This document shows positions 51,389 through 63,328 of a DNA stretch of 64,000 nt, piece by piece. A program made the translations under genes and the position numbers. The stretch's first letter is position 1. Every line of letters starts with the position of its first letter. This DNA is from Phoronis australis (lineage: Eukaryota; Animalia; Phoronida): positions 799,252 through 863,251 of the forward strand of contig NMRA01000010.1 of assembly GCA_002633005.1 (NCBI GenBank), in the 5' to 3' direction. The notes under the pieces are model-generated. The model had not been told where the DNA came from. It did not search any database and saw only the letters and a program-made list of their open reading frames with translations.

Positions 51389-53053
51389 TGGTAAAGGTGA
51401 AAGTTAATGTGACAAGTGGCCGATTATTATAATTTATTTGATTTCAAATAATTCTATTGAATGACTGGACGCCAACGTTGAGAATTGGCGATTTCTAATA
51501 AAAGTGTGAAACAACAAAAACAACAACGGATTTCGCCCAAACACCGATTGTGGCATTAAGCTTAGATTTAGGCTGACGGTGAAGCATGTTTAAAACGCGT
51601 AAAATTTAACAAAAAAAACCCCGGAATTTATCTCAAAAAACGTCAACAGTTGTCCAGAGTTTTATTTTCATAAAACTACTTTGATTTTCTTTAATACGAG
51701 GATATGTTTTTCTTGCTATTGCTCGACTTCCCGAGGTTTTGAACCACGTGACCTTCCAATGCCGCCTGATTCGCAAGCCCATTTTGCTGGCACGTAAGTT
51801 TAGAGTCGTAGAGGAATTGGTGTCCACCACCACCGTAATACTTGCACCACAACAATTGTCTGTTAGCAGTTATAATTAGGTTAACGGGATTTAAAGCGGA
51901 TTTGGGCATTTACAATTTTCAAACTGAATTTTTAAAGCGGATTTAGTCATTGAGGAAAGGAGTTGCTTAGTTAAAAGTTGCGCCGATTGGACGGAGCCAT
52001 TCGAAAATTGTCAGCTAGAGATTCAAGCGGTTAATTAGTCAGAGACTAGAAACATTATAAGCTTTTCAAAAGCAATTTTAGGTTTACGCTTAAATCGATC
52101 ACAATTGGCATGGACGGAAAGCAAACGGAAGGCCAATGCTAACCCACCTGTCTGTTTACCCGACGGAGCAAGTTTGCTATTTCTGAAAATGTTCACTCGG
52201 CACTCCAGCGGTCGATTTCGTTCAAAATTCTTATTCGAGAGACTAATAACAGTAGTCATAATAATAACAACAGCATTACAAGAACAATAATAATGGTAAT
52301 AACAAATTAATAATTATTTTATTTTCATGTTATTCCCTACAGGTGTCATGTCCTCTCATTGTAGAAGTCTGAGTTCCTCGGTGTGCTATTAAAAGAATTG
52401 GTTGACTCAATTTTAAATGAGGCGTCTCGGAAAAGATAATATCTGCTCTATCGGACGTATTTAACTACCCCAGGTTTTCAACAAAACAACCGTGTTTTCT
52501 CTCAGTGAACAGTTTATCCTAGAGTAATTACCACGAGGGAGTACTCTAACAATAAAATTTGCATGCAAAACGCGCCGCTGAGATGGACTAAATTTGTGTT
52601 TTGGTACAGGGCTAGAGTGTGAAACGACATTTGCTCTCGTCAACAAGAGACTCGGTCGTGGCCATTTTTCTCAATTATCTTCGGATATGACAGTTTCTCC
52701 CAGGTAAATCTCTTGTTGAAATTAACAAAGCCCCGTAAGTATCCCCCCTACCCCTTCATGTTTCTATTTTCGTTGAACCTCATGGAGTAACAGTTTTGTT
52801 GAAGTCAGCATTTCTGTACCCGTGACCACGAGGCCGGACTCGATTAATATTGACCAATCATACCGCATGAAACTGGAAAAAATACTTGAATCGTAGCACA
52901 CAATTCAAGGTTTCGAAACGAGTTTCTCGTGAAATAGGTCATGGGCCCTTCTACAAAATGTCGTGTTTCAGTGACTATTAAAAACATTCGATAACCATTT
53001 TGATCCAACAATAAATCGTCTTGTTTTTACCTGTTTTTTTTTCTTGTTTGTAG

Positions 53054-54216
53054 GTAGGTGGGTGCTAGGTCGAGTGCTATGTGATATGTGGGTGTCCCTC
53101 GACGTGCTATTGTGTACGGCGAGTATTTTAAACTTGTGCGCCATCAGCATAGACCGCTACTGTGCCATCACGCGCCCTCTGGAGTACGCTATAAAAAGGA
53201 CCCCAAGACGAATGGCGTTAATGATCTCCATTGCGTGGGGTCTGTCGGCTCTAGTCAGCGTCATGCCTCTTTTTGTCGGGTGGAAGACAGAGTTTCACGG
53301 TGGCAAGTGTAAAGTTAGCCAAGCTTTAGGATATCAGATCTACGCCACCTTGTGCGCATTTTATGTGCCTTTAGCTGTGATGATTGGAGTATACGGTAAA
53401 ATTTTCCAAGTCAGTGCTAGAATTGCTAAAGCCGAGGCCAAATCCAAAGTTGGTGTGTCTTCCAAGAAACACAGTTTGAACGTTTACTCCGGCAGTTACT
53501 ATCACACCGAGGAAAACCACAACTATATGAACGGTATCAAACCGCCGCCCAGGCTTAGCAGCAGTGGGGACGAGACGATGTTGGAAATGATTCCTAAATC
53601 AGGCCCACAACATCAAAGACGGTTTACTCTTAAAAGTTTGCTCAGTAGAAATGGTAGGCGCCTCTCAGGATCACGCGACACGAAGGCTACAAAGACATTG
53701 GGTGTAATCATGGGCGCGTTCATCGCTTGTTGGTTACCGTTCTTCACTCTAGCGCTACTCAGTCCAATCTGTGGCGAGCACTGCTCCATCCCACCAGCTG
53801 TCTATTCTATCTTTTGGTGGCTGGGATGTGCCAACTCCATGCTAAATCCCGTCATTTATGCTAGGTTTAACCGCGACTTTAGAACTCCGTTTCGAGAAAT
53901 ACTATGCTGTCGGTGTTGGGGCATAAACAGGCGCCTTCGTTCAGAAAGTTACAACGAACAATACGGCGTTTGCCTTCCTCGACAAGGGCGCCGAACCCCT
54001 AGCCAATCTTTAACGCCACGAAACCCTAGTCCGAGGCCTGGCTCACGTGGACAGTCGCACGAGACCAACACATCAAGTGTCCAACATAGTCCTCGACTGA
54101 CACCTGTCGGGAACGGGTCACACGACTCTACCATACAACTAAGTGAGAATGGAAAGACAAGCATTAAACTTGGTAACGGCAATTTACAGCACGCTATTTC
54201 GGAAAGTAAATTGTGA
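53054..54216 (+). CDS. HTR7: 5-HT7-like serotonin receptor, coding exon 2: ECL1 to C-terminus (total protein 529 aa)
   Basis: Polypyrimidine tract and TAG acceptor at 53051-53053; the phase-1 join gives YEVLG|RWVLG. Motifs: D3.32 (SLDVLLCTAS), DRY, PLEYAIKRTPRRM, YQIYATL, KATKTLG, CWLPFF, NPVIY, NRDFRTPFREIL. These match invertebrate 5-HT7 receptors from recall, and TM5 lacks catechol-binding serines. Subtype needs phylogenetic confirmation. Confidence 0.92.
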
Positions 54217-54268
54217 AACAGAATCTCATTAAGTCACTGGCGATAAAAGATGTTTATATGAAGGCAGT

Positions 54269-54442
54269 AGTACAGTTCATGAATATTTTGTCGAAAGGGC
54301 GGCGCCTGTATGTCTAGATTACGAATCCGGAGGGCTGATGAATGTTCTGCCTCGCAAGGCCACTGACCTCTCCTTGCCGTCCTTCTGACGTCCGGGCGCC
54401 GTTTCGTGACCTCTCGTTCGACAAAAAATCATGAATTGTACT
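54269..54442. repeat. Palindromic (hairpin) element just downstream of the receptor stop codon
   Basis: agtacagttcatgaatattttgtcgaa...cggcgcctgtatgtctaga pairs with tctgacgtccgggcgccg...ttcgacaaaaaatcatgaattgtact. Confidence 0.75.
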
Positions 54443-56304
54443 GAATTTGTATCAGTGGCCGCATTTAGCTCAAACGCAGGTTCGTTTCAATGCACACAAT
54501 ATTTTATAGAAGGTGGCATTCTTCGGCTGGTGTACTTAAAACATCGAATTTCCTAGAAACCAAAGTCTTTGCGTATTCTGCAGCAATCAATACATTTCCG
54601 CAAGATACATCTAGGACATTTCATCGTTTATTTACTTCACAAGAAACAGGTTTGGTCACAAGCAGACTTTGGTTTTAAAGCCGATATGTTGTGCCCAAAG
54701 ACATACTATTGAGGTGTGGATTGCTGTTTGCGTGGAAGAATCTGTAAACTCTTGTGACAATCTATCTCCAGAATGGCGATACAGTTAACTGATTTACGAC
54801 ACATTCTTTCAGTGCTAATTGATAATTTTTGTGATAAAGACATGCAATTGAGAGCAAAAATCACGTTATTGTTTTTCGAGACAATTTCTAGGATATTAGG
54901 GAGTATAACGGAAGTGCGCCAGGTGACGTAGTTCAACATCCGGTAACGGTGTAGCTCAGAAAACATATCATGGTCGAAGGAATGCCATTCTAAATCCCAT
55001 TGTAGCGCCATTTCGGCTATTCAGTTACGCTAAGTAGGAGTGTTTTATTCCAACCGCTCAAATACATAAAAAAAACAAAATTTTACAAGCAACCCCGTCA
55101 ATCATCTCGAAGCGTAACTGGCTATAACCCAACTATACACTCATTTAACAACGCCCTCTCTTATTTTGCCACCAAAACACGCTATGATTATCTGTCAAAA
55201 GCCTACCTGAAGCTGACGGTTGAGAAAAAAATCGAAATTTTGACAGAATTAAGTGCATAATAGCTCATTGTAAATATGTAATACGAATGTTTGGGAGACA
55301 TACGTCACACGAAGATCTAATTAGGCCAAGCCGAAGTAGCAAACTTCATTCTAAAAATCGAGTCATTCATTTCTCGTTTTTATCAGTGTAATCAAGAATA
55401 TCAACTCGCCATGAAAGGTTCCAAAACACGAACAAAAACAATACTTTTCAAAACTGACGCTGGCATAGGTCTTTGGATTCGACTGGCTGTATTGATTATA
55501 CGTTTCTGTGGCTTACATATACAAACACATATAGTTTCTGGTCAGTGTAGGCCTACGTTTGTGCTTTCAAGCTCTGTTCATTGGTCTTTTCGCCACACAA
55601 ATATGTTCATGATTCTTAGTTACAGACTACTGAAAAACGTAGGAAGTGGCAGATTTTGCAAAACGCTGTTTGAAAAATGTGCAATTTTTGAGCCTTTTGT
55701 CTATAAAGATGCTCCTATGTGACAACTGAGTCCGTCCTCAGAGCCTAAAAAGTGACTTGAACAGCTTACCGACACCTTGTAGCAATATTTTGATAAAAGT
55801 ACAGCAATATGATACTCGTTTGTGATTGAGAGAGAGAATAACGCGTATGTGTTTGGGAGATTTTCGATAAGCAATCGAGGAATCGATGACACTGCCACCT
55901 GGGGAAAAGGTGGGTACCTTCGCGTCACATCATGGGTGTGGGGTTGGGGGAACACTCTCGACATGACAATAAGAACCTCTTTAGGCATACTGGGGACGAT
56001 AGGAGTCACCCGGATACCACGTGACGATCTGCCCTTGTCTCGCGAGTAAGTCGCATTTTATTCTCTTTACGTGATAACTATGGTTATGGCAGGCCCTTAG
56101 TGAATGGAAAATTTTCAATTAGTTGAAATCAATTGTATGCACGGTTTCCAAAAATACATACTGACACGAAAGCGAATGTTATTCTGGTTTTATGTATATT
56201 GCTAATAACAGCAGATGATGAATCTCAGCCAATATTTACTGAACGTTCATGACTACTAATATGATGTGATATTTCGAAGAGTTTACATGAAGTGATATGG
56301 TTTT

Positions 56305-56395
56305 ATTTATTTATTATAATGTATTGACAATTGGAGAGCAAGAATAAATGTACAGCTCAGATCTGAAATAGTATAGTATTTGTCTTTGTTTTGCT
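56305..56395 (+). terminator. Candidate polyadenylation region of the receptor mRNA (AU-rich element, AATAAA, GT-rich downstream element)
   Basis: ATTTATTTA at 56305-56313; AATAAA at 56343-56348, the first I found after the stop; tatttgtctttgttttg ~30 nt later. Confidence 0.5.
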
Positions 56396-59300
56396 AACGG
56401 AGGTTTGCAAGCATTTACGGTTTTATTGCATCTTTACAATTGGAGGCACCTTTCCTGAGGCACAAACCGCGCCAGGCGCAAGTTGTTCTGGGGCATGTGG
56501 TAGTGTAAACGAGAGATGTTGCGGAACAACTTTTGTCAGCGGATATGCAAACTGACACCAAGCGCCTCTAGTGCAGATTGGTTCTGCTCTCCTTGTTAAG
56601 GCGCAATTCGCAATATAAACGCAACGGGCACAAACAGGGAGCGACACCGAAACAATCTGCACCCAGATTTACCTAATGTGAACCGTGTAAAAGATCCTTA
56701 GCGGAATCTATCGTACTCGCCTTCGTGGAGCAGGACGAAGCGCTGATATGTTGGCACAACGTCTGGCTAATAGGGATGCATGTCAGTACCGCTAGGTTTC
56801 TCGTTTTGACCGAGGCTTTGCGATGACAAAATCACTAATCCTACACGATCCGAGCATACAGTCTATTGAAATAGCCCTCGAAAGTTGCGAAACAACTACC
56901 AAAGCCAGTGCATGCTAACTAGTGATGACCAATCAGTACGTGGCCTGAAAACTTTTTTGCACAGGATGTTGAAAAGAAAAGAAATTTTTAAAAGCACCGG
57001 AATCCAGTCCGCTGCCTAACGTTCAACGTAAATGCGACTGAATATGATTGGAAATGTTGTAATTTTACCCAGTCATGACTGTTACAGACGTCCGCTTGAA
57101 TGTGATGGACAGGTTTCGTTTCCAGGACAGCAAGCTTGAGACAAAGGTAATCAATTACACAGATACGCGCGAAATGACTGTTTCACAAAGACTAATGCAT
57201 TAATACAATGTAAGACAAATAGTTAATCAATTACCCTACTTTCTTGAAGGGGTTACCCAGTACAAATTATTCCTTTTGTTCTACTCAGTAACAACGCTCA
57301 ATTAACTATTGCTATAACTTGCACTTTGATTAATTGCATTCAGGGACAGAATTTCACATGTTTACGGACAGTCACATGCTATCACCAGTGATTAGAGTTG
57401 CTTTTGACCTGCTCTCCGAACATCACAGTAGCCGACTCACAGGAAGGCATCCATACACTGGTACACATCAAACGACCACTGCCGTAAGAGGGCAGGCAGC
57501 GTAATGTAATGAACTGCTCAGTCTGAAACGGGCACAATTTCGATCTTTTTGTGTATAGAATTCGTTCACCGAAGGACTGCAGGAGAAAGGCGCGGGTCCG
57601 AAAGGGTCCAGACACTCCTACTGTCGGTGTCGCTTTATGTTGCTGTTATGGGAGAATCTTAAGCAGGTCTGTCCATTGTCGGACCTTCCTGAGCAAGAGT
57701 TTGGATCCACACCCGAGTGTGCTTTAGACGTGAAATGTTAGCAGGTTCAGTTTTCGTTTGAATGACTCGTGAAAGCGCACTTCTGCCATTTACCACCTAG
57801 TCAGGTTTTGTTCAACCTTGTTTAGTCCTTTTAACAATAAAGGACGAACAAAGAATATATTGTCGAGAATTAACATGTTCGCCAATGGACCTACGCTGTA
57901 GCTAGCCGAATTCACCGGCCTGACAATTGGTTGCTGCTGGCACAGCACTATGTGCTGAGTTTCACCAATATCAGTCGGTCAGAATTCTCTTGATATCATC
58001 CGGAAGCGCTTTTGGAAAGGGATATGTTGACAAAAACTAAAATGACTCACCAGGGGGAGCTAGGGTAGCAAAACCCATCCACAAATTCCCTAACTGATGG
58101 TGCACCACCGTCACATATATAATTTTCACCACCATCCGTCTGCCACGTCTCTGGAGTCACCCGAAGGAAAGCCTTTTAATTTCATGTCGAAAACAAAGAA
58201 TGGCCACCAGTTAGGAACATTGTCGGTAATCGAAAATTGGAGCCATATCCATCCAGTTAGCTCAGTAGAGTCTGCTAGATATCGACTGGTGCCAGCGCAT
58301 CCCCCCGCTTTCAACCTCTGAGTAATGTTCCATAAAGCCGTCGATCGGTTCTCTATCAACCCAAAACATTTTGACAAGGTTCTCTTTTCAAAAAACTAAA
58401 ATGGACACTCGGAAGTGAATAGTGTCATTTCATTTTTACTTCTAAACCGGTACCCTGTATCAAATTTCAATTAAAACATAGGGAGTAGATTAGTTACCTA
58501 TCGGCGACCTGTTTGTGTTGAAGGACCTTCGTAGGGGTACTAGCGGGAATCTTCGTGTCACTTGGTCACGTCCAGTGGATGGTCCTCGGTTGTTGTCCAG
58601 CACTACTGGTGGCTGTTACTTGCGAGGAGGCGCTAGTAAAAAGGTAACAATTCATATCCACTGTCTCTGTTCCATATTGGTTTATTGCCTATGACTCCAA
58701 CTGCTTCTCTCATTTTGCGATTCCAACATTTATTTTCTCTAGATAGTATTTTGAGTGTAGGTTCGCGAGTGTTGCGCGATGTGTCCATACGGTGTTTTCC
58801 AATGGCTGTAGGATTGCCAGATGATATGTTGAAGTGTTCTTTTAGTCGGGTACCTAGATTTCGAGCGATCCCACCAGTATCGCCAGGATAATGAGGGTAT
58901 TAAATCATGTAGCCCTATATCACCCCGCATTTCTTGTCATCTGACTTGTCTTTTGGGTGGACCAAGGCACTTCGTAGGATGTTGAATGGTTTGTGGTAGG
59001 TGCCCAGGTCGCTGATAGGTGACTACTCTAACCTATGGGCGGCGCACCAAAGGGGGCTGGAAGGGGGGGGCTATCGCCACCCCACTTTTTTCAGTGCTGC
59101 GCAGCCCGGTGCGGTGAATCCCTATACTATGTAACGGCGCCAGCAATGAAAATTCATTATGTCTCCATTAAAAAGTTTTTGAGAAATTATCCGGAAATGC
59201 TCTTCCCAACATACTGAAAAGGAGCACATTGAAAAAATCATGCACCACAATAATGTTCTACACACTTCTGTTGGAGATGTTACACAACGGGACGCTTGGA

Positions 59301-59533
59301 CAGGATGACGTTTGCACCCACACACATTGATAAGTCGCGATGTAATGCGAGGTTACCATAAAAAGCATTACCTGGAAATCTATTGTACATAAACGTACTG
59401 TTGACCTGAAAATTGATTGCGGGGGCGAGACGACACATCCCTGACAATAGATACAAGATTTCTCAAGGGGAGAGAAACTATGTAAAAACAAGTAGTCAAT
59501 TTTGTGCAGTACAAGTGACCGCGGATCTGCTAA

Positions 59534-59603
59534 TACACACACGCACACGCACATACGCACGCACACACACACACACACACACGCGCGCGCACGCACACAC
59601 ACA
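59534..59603 (+). repeat. (CA)n/(CACG)n microsatellite
   Basis: Direct inspection. Confidence 0.95.
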
Positions 59604-61002
59604 TATTGAAAATCGTGCAAAGTGTTGCAAGAGAACGAGTATGTGCTTTACGGGCAGGTAATCGTATGGCCACATAAAATCTAATGAGACTTCTCTGAAT
59701 GAACTCGCGTAGTAGGCCTATAGGGAATGGATATCTTGGGGTTATCAAGGGAGATGTTAGATGGTAAGGTGCGGTTGTATTTGTTTGCATACGTGCATTA
59801 TATTAGAAGCGAGGATGTAAACTGAACAAGGAAAAATAAAGGGATGTGAAATGAGATAATTTACGAATTTGTAATTAAATTTGAACCAGGATAGTTTGAA
59901 GATGTCGTCAAATTAAAATTAGTCTACCGCTGAAAAAAGAGAATGGGTGTGTTCACGGTATTTATCGTTGGTGAGACATCCAACGATGTTTTGAATAACT
60001 TTTTTAAAAGCGGAATTAATTGAAACACCAGGACAAGATCCTATAGGATATTAGTGGAAGAAACAACGTATAATAGAGTAGTTTTAGAATGCGTTCTGCA
60101 ACAAATCTTTTAAGTTTAGAAAATAATACCTTCGATTTTAGGTGTTTTATTCCATTTCTTGAATATTTGCACTCAATGATAGGTTTGAGTGATGAAATCC
60201 TATTTGATTACGATGCTTAAGAATGCCTGGGACTATCTATGTAGCCAAAAAGATCTATAACAACAAAGCAAAAATCCGTCAAAGGAAGGCATTGATTGAA
60301 GTTCCACGGTTCTCCGTCTTACCACACTGAAGTGGAACCTTACGCAATTTGTATACTGATTCCGCAGGACTAAACTTCTTTCGAAAGAATGCCAAAAAAC
60401 ACAAAGACAAACTTTTCCCTAATCTACTCAAACAAATACAACTTCGGACCCCTTCATCACCATTCTGTACCTTCAGTCTCGCGGAAGGGTCGACCAACGC
60501 AGAGAAACTAATGCTCATTGCTTTTAAAACAGAACAAGACCTGCGGTAATTCTGCGAGTAATTCAATTCCAACAATGTCTAAATCACCACAGTGTTGACG
60601 AAGTGTTGACAAGTTTGTGCTCCAGTGACGTTTCCGAAATGCCAGTGAACCTTTGCCATCTATTAAAACATGCACTGAAATATTTTTTTTTATATTTTTT
60701 TCTCTCGGGAATGCCATCCTTGAATGACAAGATGATCAACAAAACGATAAAATTAGGTCCCGGCAAATTAACCACCATGACACGAGCCTCATCCACAGTT
60801 TGACACTCGAGTTTGACACTTATTCAGTAACAGGCTATCAATCAAGACAAATAAAAAATCGCCAACGTCTCTGCAGCGTCATTCGCGTTTCCTCATCAGC
60901 ACGAGAAAAATGAACGTGCAAAGCGTATGTTTCAAAATGGAGGGGAATCAATAAAATGGCAGCATCATAAACAGCTTGGGTTGGGCATTCCGCCATTGCA
61001 TC

Positions 61003-62103
61003 ATGAGCCATCCGGTACTAATTGCCAACAGGGGTCCTTCCAAGACCATCCTCTCTTCTCCGTTTCTTGGTATCAAGGTGAAGAGGACGGTTCCAACAAT
61101 ACCGGTACGCGAGTTCAAAAGAGAACAACTGGATTTAAATGGCGAAGTTCCAGACCCAAGTCTTCTATATAAACCGGAAGCCATGATGGCGAGAAGCCAG
61201 TACACCAAAGTCGAGAGAGAGCCCTACATCTCGGAGGACATCATGTGTTCATGCTTTGGGTTTAAAATCACAAAATGGCGGGAGCCAACTCTGGAAGTTG
61301 ACGAAATTGACGCCATTATCGGAACGGAAGACCAATACATCAGGGAAAAGGAGTTACAGCGAAACACCGGGACTGAAGATCCATTCGTTGACGTGTCAGA
61401 GACAACTCTTTGTTCGTGTTTCGGTGTTACGCTAACTAAATGGCGCACAAACTTTCGCGTTAGACGCGAGATAGCAGCACCAACGACTGGCCTAGACAGT
61501 TTTGCGCAGCCTTCTCTTGCTGCCGCTGCTGCTAGCGCGGAGACTCCAATGCCCCCATGGCTGATGTATGACCACCAACCTCGCGAGCAGCTTCCTTCAG
61601 GTGCAGACGTCGTCTTTCGTTATGGCGGGCATCAAGAAAAGTTCATCCACATACCACAAACAACAAGGCCGGGAATAAGAGGAACACGCGACAGGAGAAT
61701 GTTCTTGACCACACGACTTGTGGATATGGGCAACTTCGATCACGTAAGAGAGGATAACCGCATTTTGTTGAACCAGCTTAGACAAATGACGGGGCGACGA
61801 CCAGGGCATGAGATAGGATTTGAAAATGAATACTCCAGGGACAGATACGAGCGCTCCATTAACCGCGCGCGCTTCACGGCCGGAGAAAGGCCTTTGAACA
61901 TAACGCGAGCTCGTTCTAGAAGTCCCCTTGATAGGATGAGTGACGCATATCGGGGCGGGGTTCACAGTTCACCGGAACTGTCCCCGAGCACACGCGGTCC
62001 TTCACAAAATCCAAGGAACCCTGTACGCGAAACGAGAACAACGAAGAGCGACCCCCCGCGTTCATCTTTGTCACGAGTGGAAGAATCGATATACGAACAA
62101 TAA
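61003..62103 (+). CDS. Uncharacterised 366-aa protein with internal CSCFGxxxTKWR repeats and an Arg/Ser/Pro-rich C-terminus
   Basis: 1.1-kb open frame in AT-rich DNA with raised GC; ATG with A at -3; the repeat is conserved in amino acids with synonymous changes (tgttcatgctttggg vs tgttcgtgtttcggt); AATAAA overlaps the stop. No family recognised. Confidence 0.7.
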   Translation: MSHPVLIANRGPSKTILSSPFLGIKVKRTVPTIPVREFKREQLDLNGEVPDPSLLYKPEAMMARSQYTKVEREPYISEDIMCSCFGFKITKWREPTLEVDEIDAIIGTEDQYIREKELQRNTGTEDPFVDVSETTLCSCFGVTLTKWRTNFRVRREIAAPTTGLDSFAQPSLAAAAASAETPMPPWLMYDHQPREQLPSGADVVFRYGGHQEKFIHIPQTTRPGIRGTRDRRMFLTTRLVDMGNFDHVREDNRILLNQLRQMTGRRPGHEIGFENEYSRDRYERSINRARFTAGERPLNITRARSRSPLDRMSDAYRGGVHSSPELSPSTRGPSQNPRNPVRETRTTKSDPPRSSLSRVEESIYEQ

Positions 62104-62814
62104 AAAGCAAATACAAACTAAAAAACGTAAGAGAAAAAAAATGTCAAAGTCTGTAGTACATCCAAAACGGCAAATACAAGACTAGAATGATATTGCATAC
62201 ATATTTATTAAAACATATGTTTGATAATAATTAACTTCCACCGTAAATCCACTAACTGCCGATAACATATTCATTGACCAAAAATAACCTCACCAATGCG
62301 GATACGAAACAACAAAATCTCACCAAAGTCGGACAAAAGAATCGACAAAATTGGCCTTTTGCCTTTTCAAAGGTTTCTAACCTACGCATTTTGTCTTCTG
62401 GTAGAATTTAACAATGCGCTGAAAAGTGAAATGTGTCCATAACTGCACCGCAAACGACATACTTCTAGGGGTATATATAGTATAACTACCACCTTAAATG
62501 TAACCCTAAGGTCGAGACCTGATCTTTTCTTTTAACATCGTTCTACACTTGAGCCTATTATGGGTTACGCAAACCACGTAGCAAAATTCCGGCACAATCC
62601 CACCGAATTCAAGTGCGTCAAGTTTCGGTAAAATTATCACCACGTCCTTTAGCCAGAAATTGATGGACAATGAATTTCTTGTCAAAAAGAAAACGGCCAA
62701 AGGATGCCACCGTAGTTGAAGGCATCCGAAAACCCGACTACCGCTGAGTGCAGGCACATCCCCAATGTACAGTATACCCCGATGTTAGTGAAAATTCATT
62801 CAGTCGTTTCGCCA

Positions 62815-63002
62815 AAAAACTAAAATGGCCAACTGGAGATGTTACAGTAGTCAGTCAGAAGATCAAATAATGCTGGCGAAATGTGTCAAATTTGATCATG
62901 ATCCGTGAAGTGGTTTTCAAAAAATCAACCCACAAGCAAACATAACAAAGAACGGACCGGATGTTCTAGACATGTGGCCACATTTTTTGTGGGCGCATAA
63001 AA
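62815..63002 (+). mobile_element. Possible Helentron-associated (HINE-like) element end; related fragment near 58390-58470
   Basis: acggaccgga motif, subterminal hairpin ccaca-ttttt-tgtgg, terminus gcataaaa; aaaaactaaaatgg and tcaaattt shared with 58.4 kb. Confidence 0.3.
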
Positions 63003-63226
63003 CTGATAAAACATTTTATTTGATGCTACTCATCTTTTTATGAAAAAAATAAATTTGTAAAACACATAGAGTACAATATATTGGTGAGGTTTTACCATGA
63101 CGTGATTACACTCTCACCCAATATTGATGGCACGTCAGCCCAGTAAGCGTGACATGTGAGGTGTAGCCATGATTCTCGACAGTGGCACCCTCCAGTGATT
63201 ACTCTACACAGAATACATGAGAAGAA

Positions 63227-63328
63227 AATCCTGAGACATTTTACCTGATTTATTGAAGAGTATTTTGGCCCCAGCCTACAAAGAATCTGTCATTCAATCC
63301 TGAGACATTTGACCTGATTTATTGAAGC
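63227..63328 (+). repeat. ~33-bp direct repeat pair (aatcctgagacattt.acctgattt.ttgaag)
   Basis: Copies at ~63227 and ~63296. Confidence 0.75.

Noticed and set aside
54205-54213. Peroxisomal targeting by C-terminal SKL
   Set aside because: PTS1 imports soluble matrix proteins; a PDZ ligand is the simpler reading for a GPCR.
54335-54360. Hammerhead core CTGATGA in the 3' UTR hairpin (similar hits near 41908, 42370 and 60885 on the minus strand)
   Set aside because: No properly spaced helix II plus GAAA arrangement.
59258-59790. CV/HT repeat ORFs
   Set aside because: Translations of the (CA)n microsatellite.
61597-61965. Antisense ORFs overlapping the orphan ORF, and similarly 42794..43123 and 53949..54182 over the GPCR
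   Set aside because: Shadow frames of real coding sequence with no independent support.
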